From a virus: a stretch of DNA of 64,000 bases. The DNA lies in the IMG/VR virus record IMGVR_UViG_3300035099_000047, positions 32,001 to 96,000 of that record; one strand, written 5' to 3'. The translations under genes were made by a program, and so were the position numbers. This document shows, in pieces, positions 30,030 through 40,709 of the stretch. Numbering within the stretch: the first letter of the stretch is position 1; every line of letters starts with the position of its first letter. Under the pieces are notes generated by a model, which saw only the letters and a list, made by a program, of their open reading frames with translations, searched no databases and was not told the origin of the DNA.

Positions 30030-30058
30030 ATTATACGGTTTTCAGTTCATCAGGTCAA
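30030..30058 (-). promoter_or_regulatory. sigma70-type early promoter
   Basis: TTGACC-17nt-TATAAT; 44 nt identical to 33914-33957. Confidence 0.8.
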
Positions 30059-30084
30059 CACCCAAAATGGGTATTTTCTGAAAA

Positions 30085-31536
30085 TTATTTGAAGATTTCT
30101 GGCTGGTTCAACGCCAACCGAACCAACTGGGAACCCAAGTCAGCCAATGCATCGTAATACTTTTGACTCAGGTGATCACTCTCGTAGTGGTGAGCGAACT
30201 CATGAATGAGTAAACTGTTTAACTCATTGCTGATGCCCTGATCGAAAAATCTGTGCCCAAGACGCCCCAGGTTGAATGTCAAATGGCCGTTGCCATAGGT
30301 TGCCCCATAAGGCCAAGCCACCTCAGAGGCTATGTCCACACAAACCTCTTGACCGAGCAACTCGTGGGCAATTCGCTTGGTATAGGCAGCGACCCCTCGC
30401 ATCCCACTAGTCCACCTGTTTTCTGGTAATAGCTTGAGTGGAGTACCATTGGGAGAGTAGGGCTTGGGGCTGGGTGTAACCTTGCCGGCCGGAGGAATTA
30501 GTCCAGCCTGTTTAATGTTTTGCCACTCCGCCCCAGTCAAGCTCCTTCCATACACAACTGGGCGACCTTCAGCCTGGCTGCGCTTGTTGGCTTCAGGGTC
30601 CGTAGGATCAAAAGCAACTGCATTTTCCCCAAATCGCAAAGTCACGGCAGTCTTGAGCGCTTTGGGGTCTACCCGCTTATCCCCACAAGCTTCCCGCACC
30701 CAAGTTTGAGAGGCATCCGAGTCCGTGATCAAATGGTGAGTAGCATTCAACACAGCCACCCTGATAGCTTGCAAATAGCTAGGGGTGACGTTATCACGGT
30801 CCATGTTGAGAGGCACCTTTTGTTGCACATCCACATGGAAACGGTCTCCGGTCTCCACCACTGGAATGCCCATTTCGTACAAAGAGGCTTTCTCACCAAG
30901 CTTTGGTTCATACACATTTACCACGGTCTTGCGAACTGTGGGCTTCATCACCCCATCCCCGCTTGCGACCACAGTAGGCAAAGCAGCCTCAAAGCTGGTC
31001 ACTGCCTTGGGTCGCTCCAGCTGGACCCCGTTGATCGTGGTAGCAATCCTAACCGGAGCGATCAGATGTTGTGCCGATCGAATGATCTCTTCCACTTCCG
31101 ACTTGGTCAGAGGCATTACCACCTCAAACCAGCTGCCTGAAGCTCTGCAACAATTGGAGACCAACCGGGTGCCCTTCTCAGTGAACTCCACCGTACCCTT
31201 GGTGGTTTCCAACCGAGCGGACTTGGCCAACGCCAACACCAGCTTCTCCCCAATGTTGAAGCGGCCTCGCTGTTGAGCATTGGTCTTCTTACGACTCTCT
31301 GCAAACAGCGTGTAAGCGTCCCGTAGGTCATTGAACCCATTGGGATCGTCGTCTTCAATTGCAATCACGGCATGCTTATGGCTACCTGCGACCATTTGTG
31401 CTGTCACGTCCACTTGAGTCACATTCTGATCCCAGGCATTTTGCAACAGTTCGTACAGCACAAATGCCTTGGGGCGGCTGGCTACCAGCTTGGCTAGCCC
31501 TACCTTATCTACTATCAACCAATTGTTCACTCCCAT
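30085..31536 (-). CDS. GHKL (HATPase_c) ATPase fused to a zincin-like metallopeptidase domain
   Basis: ELLQNAWD, EDD, RGRFNIGEK; C-terminal HEFAHH...DH. Confidence 0.7.
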   Translation of the reverse strand: MGVNNWLIVDKVGLAKLVASRPKAFVLYELLQNAWDQNVTQVDVTAQMVAGSHKHAVIAIEDDDPNGFNDLRDAYTLFAESRKKTNAQQRGRFNIGEKLVLALAKSARLETTKGTVEFTEKGTRLVSNCCRASGSWFEVVMPLTKSEVEEIIRSAQHLIAPVRIATTINGVQLERPKAVTSFEAALPTVVASGDGVMKPTVRKTVVNVYEPKLGEKASLYEMGIPVVETGDRFHVDVQQKVPLNMDRDNVTPSYLQAIRVAVLNATHHLITDSDASQTWVREACGDKRVDPKALKTAVTLRFGENAVAFDPTDPEANKRSQAEGRPVVYGRSLTGAEWQNIKQAGLIPPAGKVTPSPKPYSPNGTPLKLLPENRWTSGMRGVAAYTKRIAHELLGQEVCVDIASEVAWPYGATYGNGHLTFNLGRLGHRFFDQGISNELNSLLIHEFAHHYESDHLSQKYYDALADLGSQLVRLALNQPEIFK

Positions 31537-31560
31537 CTCCTTTTGCCTTACAACAACGTT

Positions 31561-31589
31561 ATTATACTATATCGGCTAATTGAGGTCAA
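31561..31589 (-). promoter_or_regulatory. sigma70-type early promoter
   Basis: TTGACC-17nt-TATAAT. Confidence 0.75.
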
Positions 31590-31819
31590 GGGCTTTCCTC
31601 AAAAATCCTGAAAATAATCTCAACTCAACTCATGCCGCCTCAGTGCATCCCGAAGTGCCCACCCCTCCAATTCCATAATCTCCTTCAAAAACGGTTCGGA
31701 TCGCCTCAATCCTCTCAAGTCCTCCTCAGCCTCTCCCCTGGTATCGTAAGGTCCCATGTCAGGATCGGATAGATACTCCACAATCCACCAACCATCCGAT
31801 CGCTTCTCTAGTCTACCGT

Positions 31820-32869
31820 TCATGGTCCTTTTACCTTGTAATGCTTGACCACCTTACCCAAGTTCTCGCTCCCACGCGCGTGCTGGGGAATCCAGAACCT
31901 GCCGTGCAACTTTCCAAATAGTCCCGGCGAATCCTCTCCATACGTGCGAAAGTGACCCCGGCAAATATGAAGTGCTTTTTTAAGACCTTCTTGATCCATT
32001 CTACCCTCACTCCGTAGGATGGTCCGCATGGGTTTCAGTTCCAGCACTTTGTACTGAATTTCGGGCAACCGCTTACGTCGCAACCATCGGTGATCAGTAA
32101 CGGCTTCACCCTTTGTTACTACCACATTCTTGCAGTGCATGAAACTCAATGTGAGCAACGCAATATGGGTGGGACTGAAAAGTACGGCTGGATTGGGCTC
32201 TATTACCCCTTTCCGCACAGAAAAGGTTCCAGGTCCGGCTTGAAACCAGTGAACCGGAGACCCTTGCGAATCCACTCCCACAACTGAAAAAGCCCCAGTC
32301 CAAGCTGGCCGTCCCAAACAAGGTGGTTGAAACAAAGCCACCCAATAAGACATCACCATCACCCATTTGGATCGGTTCACCATGTTATCAAATCTTCGCT
32401 CTAACTCTGGGGACCAACTATCTCTCATATTCGGTCCACCAGCCACGTTCTTCAAGAAACTGATATATTCGTTTTTAGAACCTTCTTCAGGGGCCTTGAA
32501 TGGAATACACACCATACCCGCCTGCCCCGCTGGCTCCTCTAACCATTCCCCCTTAATCAACACCCGCAGGGGGTTGTTCCATTCTATTGTAAACACTGGA
32601 AAAGGTGGTGCAATACAAGGGAATGCTGAGGGCTCGTCCTCATTACCAACGATCCGCCATTCCTCTTGGGGGCTAGCCGCATACATCTCCGCGATCTCAT
32701 CAGCGATGATCACCGGAAAACCCGCAGCCATCTCAGCCTCGGCTTTGCTGCGAACCAAGACATCGTCCATTCGCATCCCCACGTTAGCCCAAGAGGGCTG
32801 ATACTGCTCATGCAGTAAAGGCAAAGACCTCATCCGTTCAATCAACCTAAGTGGTTTTTCACTACTCAC
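31820..32869 (-). CDS. conserved phage hypothetical protein
   Basis: C-terminal HICRGHFR...FWIPQHARG motif. Confidence 0.6.
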   Translation of the reverse strand: MSSEKPLRLIERMRSLPLLHEQYQPSWANVGMRMDDVLVRSKAEAEMAAGFPVIIADEIAEMYAASPQEEWRIVGNEDEPSAFPCIAPPFPVFTIEWNNPLRVLIKGEWLEEPAGQAGMVCIPFKAPEEGSKNEYISFLKNVAGGPNMRDSWSPELERRFDNMVNRSKWVMVMSYWVALFQPPCLGRPAWTGAFSVVGVDSQGSPVHWFQAGPGTFSVRKGVIEPNPAVLFSPTHIALLTLSFMHCKNVVVTKGEAVTDHRWLRRKRLPEIQYKVLELKPMRTILRSEGRMDQEGLKKALHICRGHFRTYGEDSPGLFGKLHGRFWIPQHARGSENLGKVVKHYKVKGP

Positions 32870-33928
32870 AACAACCTCCTACTTTGTGAAACACTTACGG
32901 ATATTGGCCCTTGAGGTCAATAGACCCTTGCAAAGATTCTGAAAAGTTTTCATGGGTCCCCAGCCAAAATGGCTTGGTAATCAGCTTCCAAGGTTACGTC
33001 TTGGACAATCCGATAACTTACCTCTTTGGGGGGTTTGCTGTTCCGTTGTAATTTGCGAATCCAACCAAGACGGATTGCTTTCCTACGCACCTCACATACG
33101 TATCCGGGGGGTACCAACCCCACTTTGAATCCTCCCCATAGCTCTACTGGCCCTATGAACTGCTGAATTGCATAGGGGCTGGCCACCAATCCCAACTGCC
33201 CCAATGCCTTTCGTATTGCCGCAGCTACATAGCCACATCTTACTACCCCTTTTGACCTTACTACCTCTTTGAAAGGGTTCACTTTTTCGTCTCCTCCGTC
33301 TCCTGTTTGACAAAGCTCTGACAGCAGTCGCACTTGCACTCGCGAGGCCCATCATTGATCTGGTTACTCTGGTAGAAGTACACAGGACCATGATATTCAA
33401 CGTCCTGCACAAACCTTCGACCGCTGAAGCATCGGAACAAGCTCTCTCGGACTTCCATCCGTTTGCCATTGAGTTCAATTTCGAGCTTCACGATCGCCTC
33501 CTTTCTTCCCTAAATTCCTTAAATGAGCGTAACATTTCCAACGACAACCTCAATTGAGAAACCACAATGCCACAATCTCCTCTACCTTCCAGGTAAGGAA
33601 TTACCAACTCAAGAGCTTCAATCTGTCTCTCCAGTTGTTCATCATCCCATTGGGACGCCTTGGACAACTTACCGGCGGACTCCATCTGCTTGCTGTTCAT
33701 GGTTTCTTCCCCTCGCTACTCAAGTTGTCGGGACAATAATCTGCCCTTTCATCGGGGGAAGAATACTTGCTGAGGCTCCACCCGTGAGAGTGATACCGCC
33801 TGTAAGTTTGGCAAACCTCACACCATTCTTCCCCATCAAGAACGACATGAAGGTGAGACCCGCAAGTGTGACACCTTCCACAATGAGTTTTTCCCATTTT
33901 CATGCCCTTTTTCCCTCACGACACCTTT

Positions 33929-33957
33929 ATTATACGGTTTTCAGTTCATCAGGTCAA
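33929..33957 (-). promoter_or_regulatory. sigma70-type early promoter
   Basis: TTGACC-17nt-TATAAT. Confidence 0.8.
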
Positions 33958-34075
33958 TAGCCAAAATTGAATTTTCTGGAAAAATTACTGAAAACAGCCT
34001 CCCCCTTTACGACTAACTGTTTGGCTACTATACTAGTATACAGCATACGGTTAAACTTAACCGAGGGCTCACAAC

Positions 34076-34282
34076 ATGAATTTAGGCAGACTCATACGGC
34101 AAAGGCGACGGGAGCTGCGGTTGACCCAACAAGAATTAGCCCAACGGCTGCAGGTGAGCACACCCCGAATCAGTGACCTAGAACGGGGCAAGGTACGCAA
34201 CCCCCGCAGAAACACACTGGTAAACCTGGCTTCAGCCTTGGAAATACCAGTCGGTGATCTTTTTGTTCAAAGCAGTAGTTGA
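34076..34282 (+). CDS. XRE/Cro-like HTH regulator
   Basis: LTQQELAQRLQVSTPRISDLERG; divergent from the early operon. Confidence 0.85.
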   Translation: MNLGRLIRQRRRELRLTQQELAQRLQVSTPRISDLERGKVRNPRRNTLVNLASALEIPVGDLFVQSSS

Positions 34283-34364
34283 CCTGAACGGTTCAGGTTG
34301 TCAAGTGAATGTATAATAGTAGAGGTCGGAATGATCTCAAGTTCAGTTACAGGAAAGCCCAGAC

Positions 34365-34676
34365 ATGACCCAATTGAGTGAATCACAAGATCGGTATCAA
34401 GAGAAGCAGGAAAGCTCGTTGCCAAAGATTGGCTCGTTGTTAGAAACGATGAACCACGAAATCATTAGGCCAGATGACACCCGCAGTGAGAAAGGTTGCA
34501 GCATTCGATGCAATGTTTCCGATCCCGATGAGGGGGATTCCCACTGGTTCATACACCATGAGCATAGTGGGCTGGTGGTGATACTAAAGCCTGAACCAAC
34601 CCAAGACTTTGATACCGTCAAGGTCACGGGTCACGCTAAGAGTGGACGGTGCATTTTTGCCAAGGTGGTCCATTGA
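34365..34676 (+). CDS. hypothetical protein
   Basis: 103 aa ORF downstream of a TATAAT. Confidence 0.45.
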   Translation: MTQLSESQDRYQEKQESSLPKIGSLLETMNHEIIRPDDTRSEKGCSIRCNVSDPDEGDSHWFIHHEHSGLVVILKPEPTQDFDTVKVTGHAKSGRCIFAKVVH

Positions 34677-35243
34677 ACACCCCCCTTCCAGAAAAAGAAG
34701 AATCGGCTCGGGCCAAAGCCAAAAGGTTAGGGAACCGGTTCATATATTGTTGGGACGGAGCTGAGGCTTGGATCTCTTGCGTAACTCCAGAATTTCCCCA
34801 ACAGGAAACCCCCAAATCCCAACATCAGAACCCATCAGTTCATCAGAACCCATCAGTTTCCAAAAAAACTAGCTGATCAACAAAATTGCATCTCGTTAAC
34901 ATGTATAATAAAAAACGGTGAGGCACGAGTCCTATTAGCTGCTCACCAGTTGGGTCAACACAACTGGTTGCTCATGAGAAAGGACTAGCTTCACTATTAC
35001 CAGCCCTCTAAACTAAGGGTCGACAAAAACCCCCGGGGGTGCCCACTTGGGGGAACAAAGCGACTGCTCCGGGCATAGGAGAAGCCGTCCGGCTTTGACT
35101 GGACGGGGGTTGGCTTTTTGAATCATTCCATCTGTAGTGGAGAGCAAAGCTGTGGCTTGCTCACAGGCTGGGATCAGTTACGCTTTCATGTTAAACAACA
35201 AGCTAACAACGGTGGGCCAGAGCTAACTGCAAAGGAGGTCTCA

Positions 35244-35498
35244 ATGAAAACTGTGATCCTAACCCTATTTTTGGTGCTAGCTCTGGCCATCCCAGCAAGT
35301 GCTTACCATCATGGCTACTCTTCTTATTCGAGGTCCCGAGCCCACCCAGGGGCCTATTACCCAAGGGCCTATTACCCAAGAATCTACTACAATGCTCGTC
35401 CATACTACCCACCATTGATCATCAGCTATTGGTATCCAACACCGTGGGGGATCTACATACAATGGATCGGAATCCCTACGGCTCGGGTCATCCGCTAA
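35244..35498 (+). CDS. secreted Tyr/Pro-rich small protein
   Basis: RBS AAGGAGG, signal peptide ending ASA, YYPR repeats. Confidence 0.6.
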   Translation: MKTVILTLFLVLALAIPASAYHHGYSSYSRSRAHPGAYYPRAYYPRIYYNARPYYPPLIISYWYPTPWGIYIQWIGIPTARVIR

Positions 35499-35655
35499 CT
35501 ACTTGAACTCCTACGCACTCTGACTTCATTCACTCCCCACTGGACTTGGTTGTTGCAGCTTGCTCGCAGGTTGGGATCGGTTCACGGTTGCTCAATCCTA
35601 AACCTGGGCAGGTGCAACGGCAGCCCCGGTGGGGTTATTTTTTGGAGGCACTACA

Positions 35656-36393
35656 ATGGCTTCAGACCCCAACCGACATCGAGTAATGCGCACCTACATT
35701 GGAGAACGGGATTTGGGCATTCCTTACTTCCGGCGATGCTACAAATGCCACACTCCAATATCCCGTCACAGCAAAAGTGGAATGTGTCGGCTTTGTGTTC
35801 ATCGCTATAATCCCAAGCCACCCCAAACTACCCCTTGTAGAGCCAAAGCCATTCGGCTGTATTCGTTAGGTATTACTACCGCAGAGATTGCTCGGTCCTG
35901 TGGCATTTCTAAAGAAAGGGTGTGCCAGTTCTTAAGACCCACTGGGCTGATAAGCAAAATTCGGCAAGGGAAGAAAAAAGCCAAAGAACTGCAAAAACGG
36001 GTAGACAAGTTCTACCATAAAGCTCCACGATTGCAACATAAGATCATGCAACGATATGCTGTGGTCAAACTATACAAATCAGGTCTCAGTATAGACAAAA
36101 TAAGAAAATGGTTCCCAGGAGCCCAAGGCATCCTAGACAAGTCGAGAGTTGCAAAGCGCAAAGCGGGGAAGTACGGTCGTATCAAATCAAAAATGAGGCC
36201 AGGACAAAAGCTATGGTGGGAATCAATAGCCGACGGAGAATGGCATTGTATTCAATGGGACAACAAAAAAGGTCCGGGATCAGCTTACAAATACGCAACT
36301 AATCACAATTTCAAATTTACTAGGCGCCAACTATCCAATGGATTTTACCTGGTCAAATTTTACAGACCGCCATTCATTGGGGAAGGGATATGA
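35656..36393 (+). CDS. basic Zn-finger/HTH DNA-binding protein
   Basis: CYKC..CRLC, GITTAEIARSCGISKERVCQ; RBS GGAGG before ATG 35656. Confidence 0.6.
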   Translation: MASDPNRHRVMRTYIGERDLGIPYFRRCYKCHTPISRHSKSGMCRLCVHRYNPKPPQTTPCRAKAIRLYSLGITTAEIARSCGISKERVCQFLRPTGLISKIRQGKKKAKELQKRVDKFYHKAPRLQHKIMQRYAVVKLYKSGLSIDKIRKWFPGAQGILDKSRVAKRKAGKYGRIKSKMRPGQKLWWESIADGEWHCIQWDNKKGPGSAYKYATNHNFKFTRRQLSNGFYLVKFYRPPFIGEGI

Positions 36394-36460
36394 CGCAGTC
36401 AGGTCTAGTACACTGTGGCAACGGTTCCCCTCCTATTGTAGCTTCCTATGTAGCAACAAT

Positions 36461-38155
36461 TTAGAACATGAGTACGTGATTAAACTGGAAAACCCAATCA
36501 CTCGACTTACTCAATGCTCCAAATGTTCTCCTCGCCACCAATGTGTTGTCTCCACACACCAATCCAGCCTCGCTGATAGCGAACCCATTAGCTTCCCCTT
36601 CCAAAATATAAGCAGTGATCAACACACTGGTTGTGCTTGGGAATTCAAACATAGTAATAGGTTTCACTAGCACTACAGTCTCCAATGCTGCATCATTCAC
36701 TGTAGGATTTACAGGTTCGCTAGGATCACCTGGTACATGGCCACCTGTGTTATGCACGAATACCCCAGCTGTCAACGCGAAATTGTGATATTTTTCCACT
36801 TCCAAACAGTACACATCTTCCACATAATCCAAGCGTTTCACTGAAACCACAGTGTGGTTATAAAAAGCTAAAGCTTCACTGGTTGGAGAGGAATGGACCA
36901 TTTTGCCAATTGATTTCAAATACCGAGATCCTTCATCCCATTGAGTGACCGGATCGAACCCATTTTCTATCAGCAGCTTTCTAGCAACAGCAATTTTTCC
37001 CACCATCTGCTTCCGGCGGGAGTCATTGTCTGAATTCACAAACAGAATGGTCTTTTTAGCAGCCATTCTGCTAGCTTTTGATTTACCCCGATTCATGTGG
37101 AAATTGGGATCTTTATTCAGTCTGGTCATCGTCAAAGAGGACCTTTTAGACCGTATCATCCTGGCGTTACGCGCTTGTGGGTTGTCAGAATTGTTAATCC
37201 ACTCGTTGTAATCTGAGATATTTTTAACACTAATTTCTTTCATTTTATCATAGTTTTCACTCCAACTTTTCAAGTTGCGAGCAGTAAGAATGCTGGAGGC
37301 ATTGTTCCTATGGAACGCCCTGTGAAAACACCTAAACAAAACGGTCAAATTCGTAGGATCGTTGTTCCTGTGGTCAAAGTTTTTGTGGTGCACCACAAGT
37401 TTGCAACCTTCACAACCATCGACATGGTTAGAAGTGCATCTAGCTCCCAATTCATGAACCACCATCCAATGAGTAGTCAACCATTTCATGGTTGCGGGAG
37501 ACAAAAAGACTTCGTACCCTTTGTTATCTTCCCTATACAACGGCATGAGACTGTCACCTGGGGACAGTGACTCTGCATTTTTATAAAAACCATCCCTCAT
37601 CATCCACGGGTGGTTTAACGTGCATCGAACCACCTTAATGTTCCCTAGATAATCTCGAATCGTGACTTCCACTAAATTAGCACCCTTTTGAGTTAAAAAA
37701 GGTCTTTTGGCTTTACCAGGCACGACTCTACCTCGTTTTACATCATAGGAATACACCCAAAACTCGTCGCGATAGTTTAGGAGTTCCTCAAAAGACCTCT
37801 CTGTACCATCCAACAATGATACTTTTGTATCTTTGGTAAAGCAACCAAAAGCCATTCGGCTCACGAACTTGGTTGCAGTGCTATCCCCCACAACTAAGTG
37901 ACTCAGTTGCGTCTTGAGCCGAGTCAAGGCCAAGTTGTTGCCTTTGTAAACTCGTTCAATTTTGCCATCTGGCACCTCAACTCGAACCCTCTCCAATTGC
38001 CCGGTTTCAGCATTGATACGAGTGACTTGTTGAGGCCGGTACGATCCTGCCCGTCGCACCAATATGGTTTGTTCACCATGGACTTCACTCACTACGGACT
38101 TGGTAAACATGGGATTGCTCCTTATTACAGATTGGTTAGCTTGTTGTTTGGTCAA
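36461..38155 (-). CDS. baseplate/tail-fibre attachment protein (P2 gpH N-terminal-like) containing an intein
   Basis: Extein motifs RMAFG|TGG and EANGFAISEAGL...LVARRTF. Confidence 0.65.
   Translation of the reverse strand: MTKQQANQSVIRSNPMFTKSVVSEVHGEQTILVRRAGSYRPQQVTRINAETGQLERVRVEVPDGKIERVYKGNNLALTRLKTQLSHLVVGDSTATKFVSRMAFGCFTKDTKVSLLDGTERSFEELLNYRDEFWVYSYDVKRGRVVPGKAKRPFLTQKGANLVEVTIRDYLGNIKVVRCTLNHPWMMRDGFYKNAESLSPGDSLMPLYREDNKGYEVFLSPATMKWLTTHWMVVHELGARCTSNHVDGCEGCKLVVHHKNFDHRNNDPTNLTVLFRCFHRAFHRNNASSILTARNLKSWSENYDKMKEISVKNISDYNEWINNSDNPQARNARMIRSKRSSLTMTRLNKDPNFHMNRGKSKASRMAAKKTILFVNSDNDSRRKQMVGKIAVARKLLIENGFDPVTQWDEGSRYLKSIGKMVHSSPTSEALAFYNHTVVSVKRLDYVEDVYCLEVEKYHNFALTAGVFVHNTGGHVPGDPSEPVNPTVNDAALETVVLVKPITMFEFPSTTSVLITAYILEGEANGFAISEAGLVCGDNTLVARRTFGALSKSSDWVFQFNHVLMF
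36749..37843 (-). mobile_element. intein with HNH homing endonuclease (365 aa)
   Basis: CFTKDTKVSLLDG...CTLNHPW...VHHKNFDHRNNDPTNL...HNFALTAGVFVHN|T. Confidence 0.9.
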
Positions 38156-38164
38156 TATGGTTTG

Positions 38165-40705
38165 TTAAGGCCCAACCGGGGTAGTTGGGCATGGTTGTTT
38201 ACCATCTTCTCTGACTAACGCCGTCACGGGTATGTTCTGAGACCAACGATGTACGGGTACCCCTGCTGGGTCGAGTTTGATTTCCGACCCCGGCAAATAG
38301 CTACACAGTTGGCAATTCTTGCCTCTCTGTTGAGACGGATCCTTGACGTACTTGGCTATGGTCTGCTTGGGCAGTTCGCTGAGGATGTGCAAGGCACTTT
38401 CAATCCAGAGACTTTTCAGCACACACTGAGCCGGATCTGGAGTATGGATGTCTCGACCAGATGCTAAACTGTCCTCGCGGCAATTCCCCACCACCACCCC
38501 AGCAGATAAAACAAAGTTGTGACAAGGATGGTCTATAACCACACAGTACACGTCTTGCTTTTCTTCCAACCATTTAACAGAAATCACTCTGTGGTTTACA
38601 AGGTGTCCATCCTTTCCCTTCTTGCTTTCATAAAAAGGCATCAAGCTATCCCCACACTTCAATTCACAAGATTTGGTCATAGTTCCATCCGACATCATCC
38701 ATTCATGATCTGGAGTACACTTGACTTTTTCACCATTGTCCAACCCCACTTCCATCAAGGGCATGTTCTCCCTAGTTTTTCTAACCTCTCCCTGAGTAAC
38801 TATGAATTCTTTCCACCCTGGATGATAAGAGTAAAACCATTGTTTACCCAAACCTACCAATTCCGCAATTGGGTGGTTTGTCCCATCTACCATTTTGACT
38901 CCAGTATCCCCAGTAAAACAACCAGAACCGCACACCCAACGGACGGGACATTTCATACAATCCTTGCGCTGATAACCACGGTTATCCAACCAAGGAGCTC
39001 TCAATTCCTCATCAATACCAGTAGACAAATCCCCGATTTTGGAATATCCCTCCCGATGGCATGCAAAAATCATACCTTTGCCGTTGACCGAAAGATAACC
39101 TCGACTCGCACCACAATTTCGTACAAACACTCCAGCAGTCAAGGCGAAATTGTGACAATCGTGTTGAATTTGAACGCAATACGTATCGTGGAGCCCTGTT
39201 ACAAATTTGACTGATATCACTTTGTGGTTGGATTGAACCACTTTACAGTATTTGGTATGGGTTACTTGACTCCCTTTGAAACAATCTGTACTCTCCTCAA
39301 GAACTTTCCCATACCATGGCATCAAGCTGTCACCCGGTTGCAATTGATCAGCCCGCTTGTAAGTGCCATCCCTCATCATCCATAGATGATCAGGAGTGCA
39401 CTTGACCCTTTGACCATTGTCCAATTCCACCTCCAACAAAGACCTACCTTCCCCGGTTTTCACTCCAACACCTTTGGTAGATATGATCTCTCCGTTACAA
39501 ACACTGTAAAACCAGTGCTCTTGACCTACAATGGACTCCAAAGTCCTCTCAGTACCATCCAACAAAGACACTTTGGTATCTCCTGAGAAGCACTCACTTG
39601 CACTATGGATACTCCAAAACATGCGTTCAATGCTCTTGTGTACGTTGTGCCAACGTGGAGTCTTATCTGCCTTAGCCCGTTCTATCCACCAATCAGCGGC
39701 ATCGAGGTATTCATCCTCAAATCGGTCCCATGCCTCCTCTTCCTTGATTTCCAATCCCCGGTTTTTCAAAGGACTATCATGGCTCAGGGCCACTGGTTCC
39801 ACGCTTACCCAATTTGCACAACCGTCATCGCACAACTGATTCAAGTAATCAAGCCGCTCCCGGATAGTTTCCACACTGTTAGCTGGAAACGTGCTGCGCA
39901 GGGTGTTGCTGCTAACTAGCCTGGTGCCCTTGAGCAGCTTCAAACCCTTCATTACCTTTTGCCAGCTGCTTCGTCCATTTGCATAGCGGCGCATATGGTC
40001 TTGGCTCTTTTGAGTCCCGTCTATGGAACAGATCAAGCTGTATCCATGATCATTTAGAAAAGCAACTCGTTCGGGAGTGAACAAGGTAGTATTTGTGGTA
40101 ACATGCAGTCCAGGCCTCTGCTTACCCAATCCCAAACAATTTTCACAAACGCTTCCCCCTACCCGACCAGATCCCCCGCAGGACCGACAAACCTGGCCGA
40201 ATTGCTTAGCCAAATGTTCCACATACTCTGTCACTTTGAGTATCAATGGCCAATTGGTCAAGGGCTCCCCCCCAAAGAACCCAACAGTAAAATGCTGGCG
40301 AACGTTTACCAAATCATCAATGGCCCGTTTGGCCATCTCAAAGGTCATTACATCTCCATCGTAGCCCTTATGTGGGTACATGCTCACAAAGCAATACTTG
40401 CACGACAAATTGCACGCATGTGTTGCTTCAAGGACCAAATTGCCCACCTTTGGTTCTGGTGCCCCTCCGGCACGAAACACTGGCTTATAACGTGCCATTA
40501 CATATGGGCTGGGTGGGTGATCCCTGAGTTGCAAGTAATCCTCAAACGAATCCACCTGCAACAATGCCAAACTGTTGCTATCAAATGCAAACTGTTTGTG
40601 TCGCTTTGGAATCTCAATGTAGATAAGCTCCGGTCGTTCATCCTCACGCAAGTCCTGGCAAGGTACACGGGGATTCAACAACCCGTTCAAAATGCGGTAA
40701 GCCAT
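38165..40705 (-). CDS. radical SAM/SPASM peptide-maturase-like enzyme with two inteins
   Basis: CNLSCKYC, FFGGEPL, SIDG; after splicing SPASM motifs CGASRG..FACH..CMKCPVRWVCGSG|C. Confidence 0.9.
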   Translation of the reverse strand: MAYRILNGLLNPRVPCQDLREDERPELIYIEIPKRHKQFAFDSNSLALLQVDSFEDYLQLRDHPPSPYVMARYKPVFRAGGAPEPKVGNLVLEATHACNLSCKYCFVSMYPHKGYDGDVMTFEMAKRAIDDLVNVRQHFTVGFFGGEPLTNWPLILKVTEYVEHLAKQFGQVCRSCGGSGRVGGSVCENCLGLGKQRPGLHVTTNTTLFTPERVAFLNDHGYSLICSIDGTQKSQDHMRRYANGRSSWQKVMKGLKLLKGTRLVSSNTLRSTFPANSVETIRERLDYLNQLCDDGCANWVSVEPVALSHDSPLKNRGLEIKEEEAWDRFEDEYLDAADWWIERAKADKTPRWHNVHKSIERMFWSIHSASECFSGDTKVSLLDGTERTLESIVGQEHWFYSVCNGEIISTKGVGVKTGEGRSLLEVELDNGQRVKCTPDHLWMMRDGTYKRADQLQPGDSLMPWYGKVLEESTDCFKGSQVTHTKYCKVVQSNHKVISVKFVTGLHDTYCVQIQHDCHNFALTAGVFVRNCGASRGYLSVNGKGMIFACHREGYSKIGDLSTGIDEELRAPWLDNRGYQRKDCMKCPVRWVCGSGCFTGDTGVKMVDGTNHPIAELVGLGKQWFYSYHPGWKEFIVTQGEVRKTRENMPLMEVGLDNGEKVKCTPDHEWMMSDGTMTKSCELKCGDSLMPFYESKKGKDGHLVNHRVISVKWLEEKQDVYCVVIDHPCHNFVLSAGVVVGNCREDSLASGRDIHTPDPAQCVLKSLWIESALHILSELPKQTIAKYVKDPSQQRGKNCQLCSYLPGSEIKLDPAGVPVHRWSQNIPVTALVREDGKQPCPTTPVGP
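38483..38920 (-). mobile_element. mini-intein (146 aa)
   Basis: CFTGDTGVKMVDG...CTPDHEW...HNFVLSAGVVVGN|C. Confidence 0.85.
39116..39592 (-). mobile_element. mini-intein (159 aa)
   Basis: CFSGDTKVSLLDG...CTPDHLW...HNFALTAGVFVRN|C. Confidence 0.85.
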
Positions 40706-40709
40706 TTTT

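Noticed and set aside
34823-34858. 18-nt tandem duplication CATCAGAACCCATCAGTT x2
   Set aside because: Only two copies, in frame in a doubtful ORF; probably slippage.
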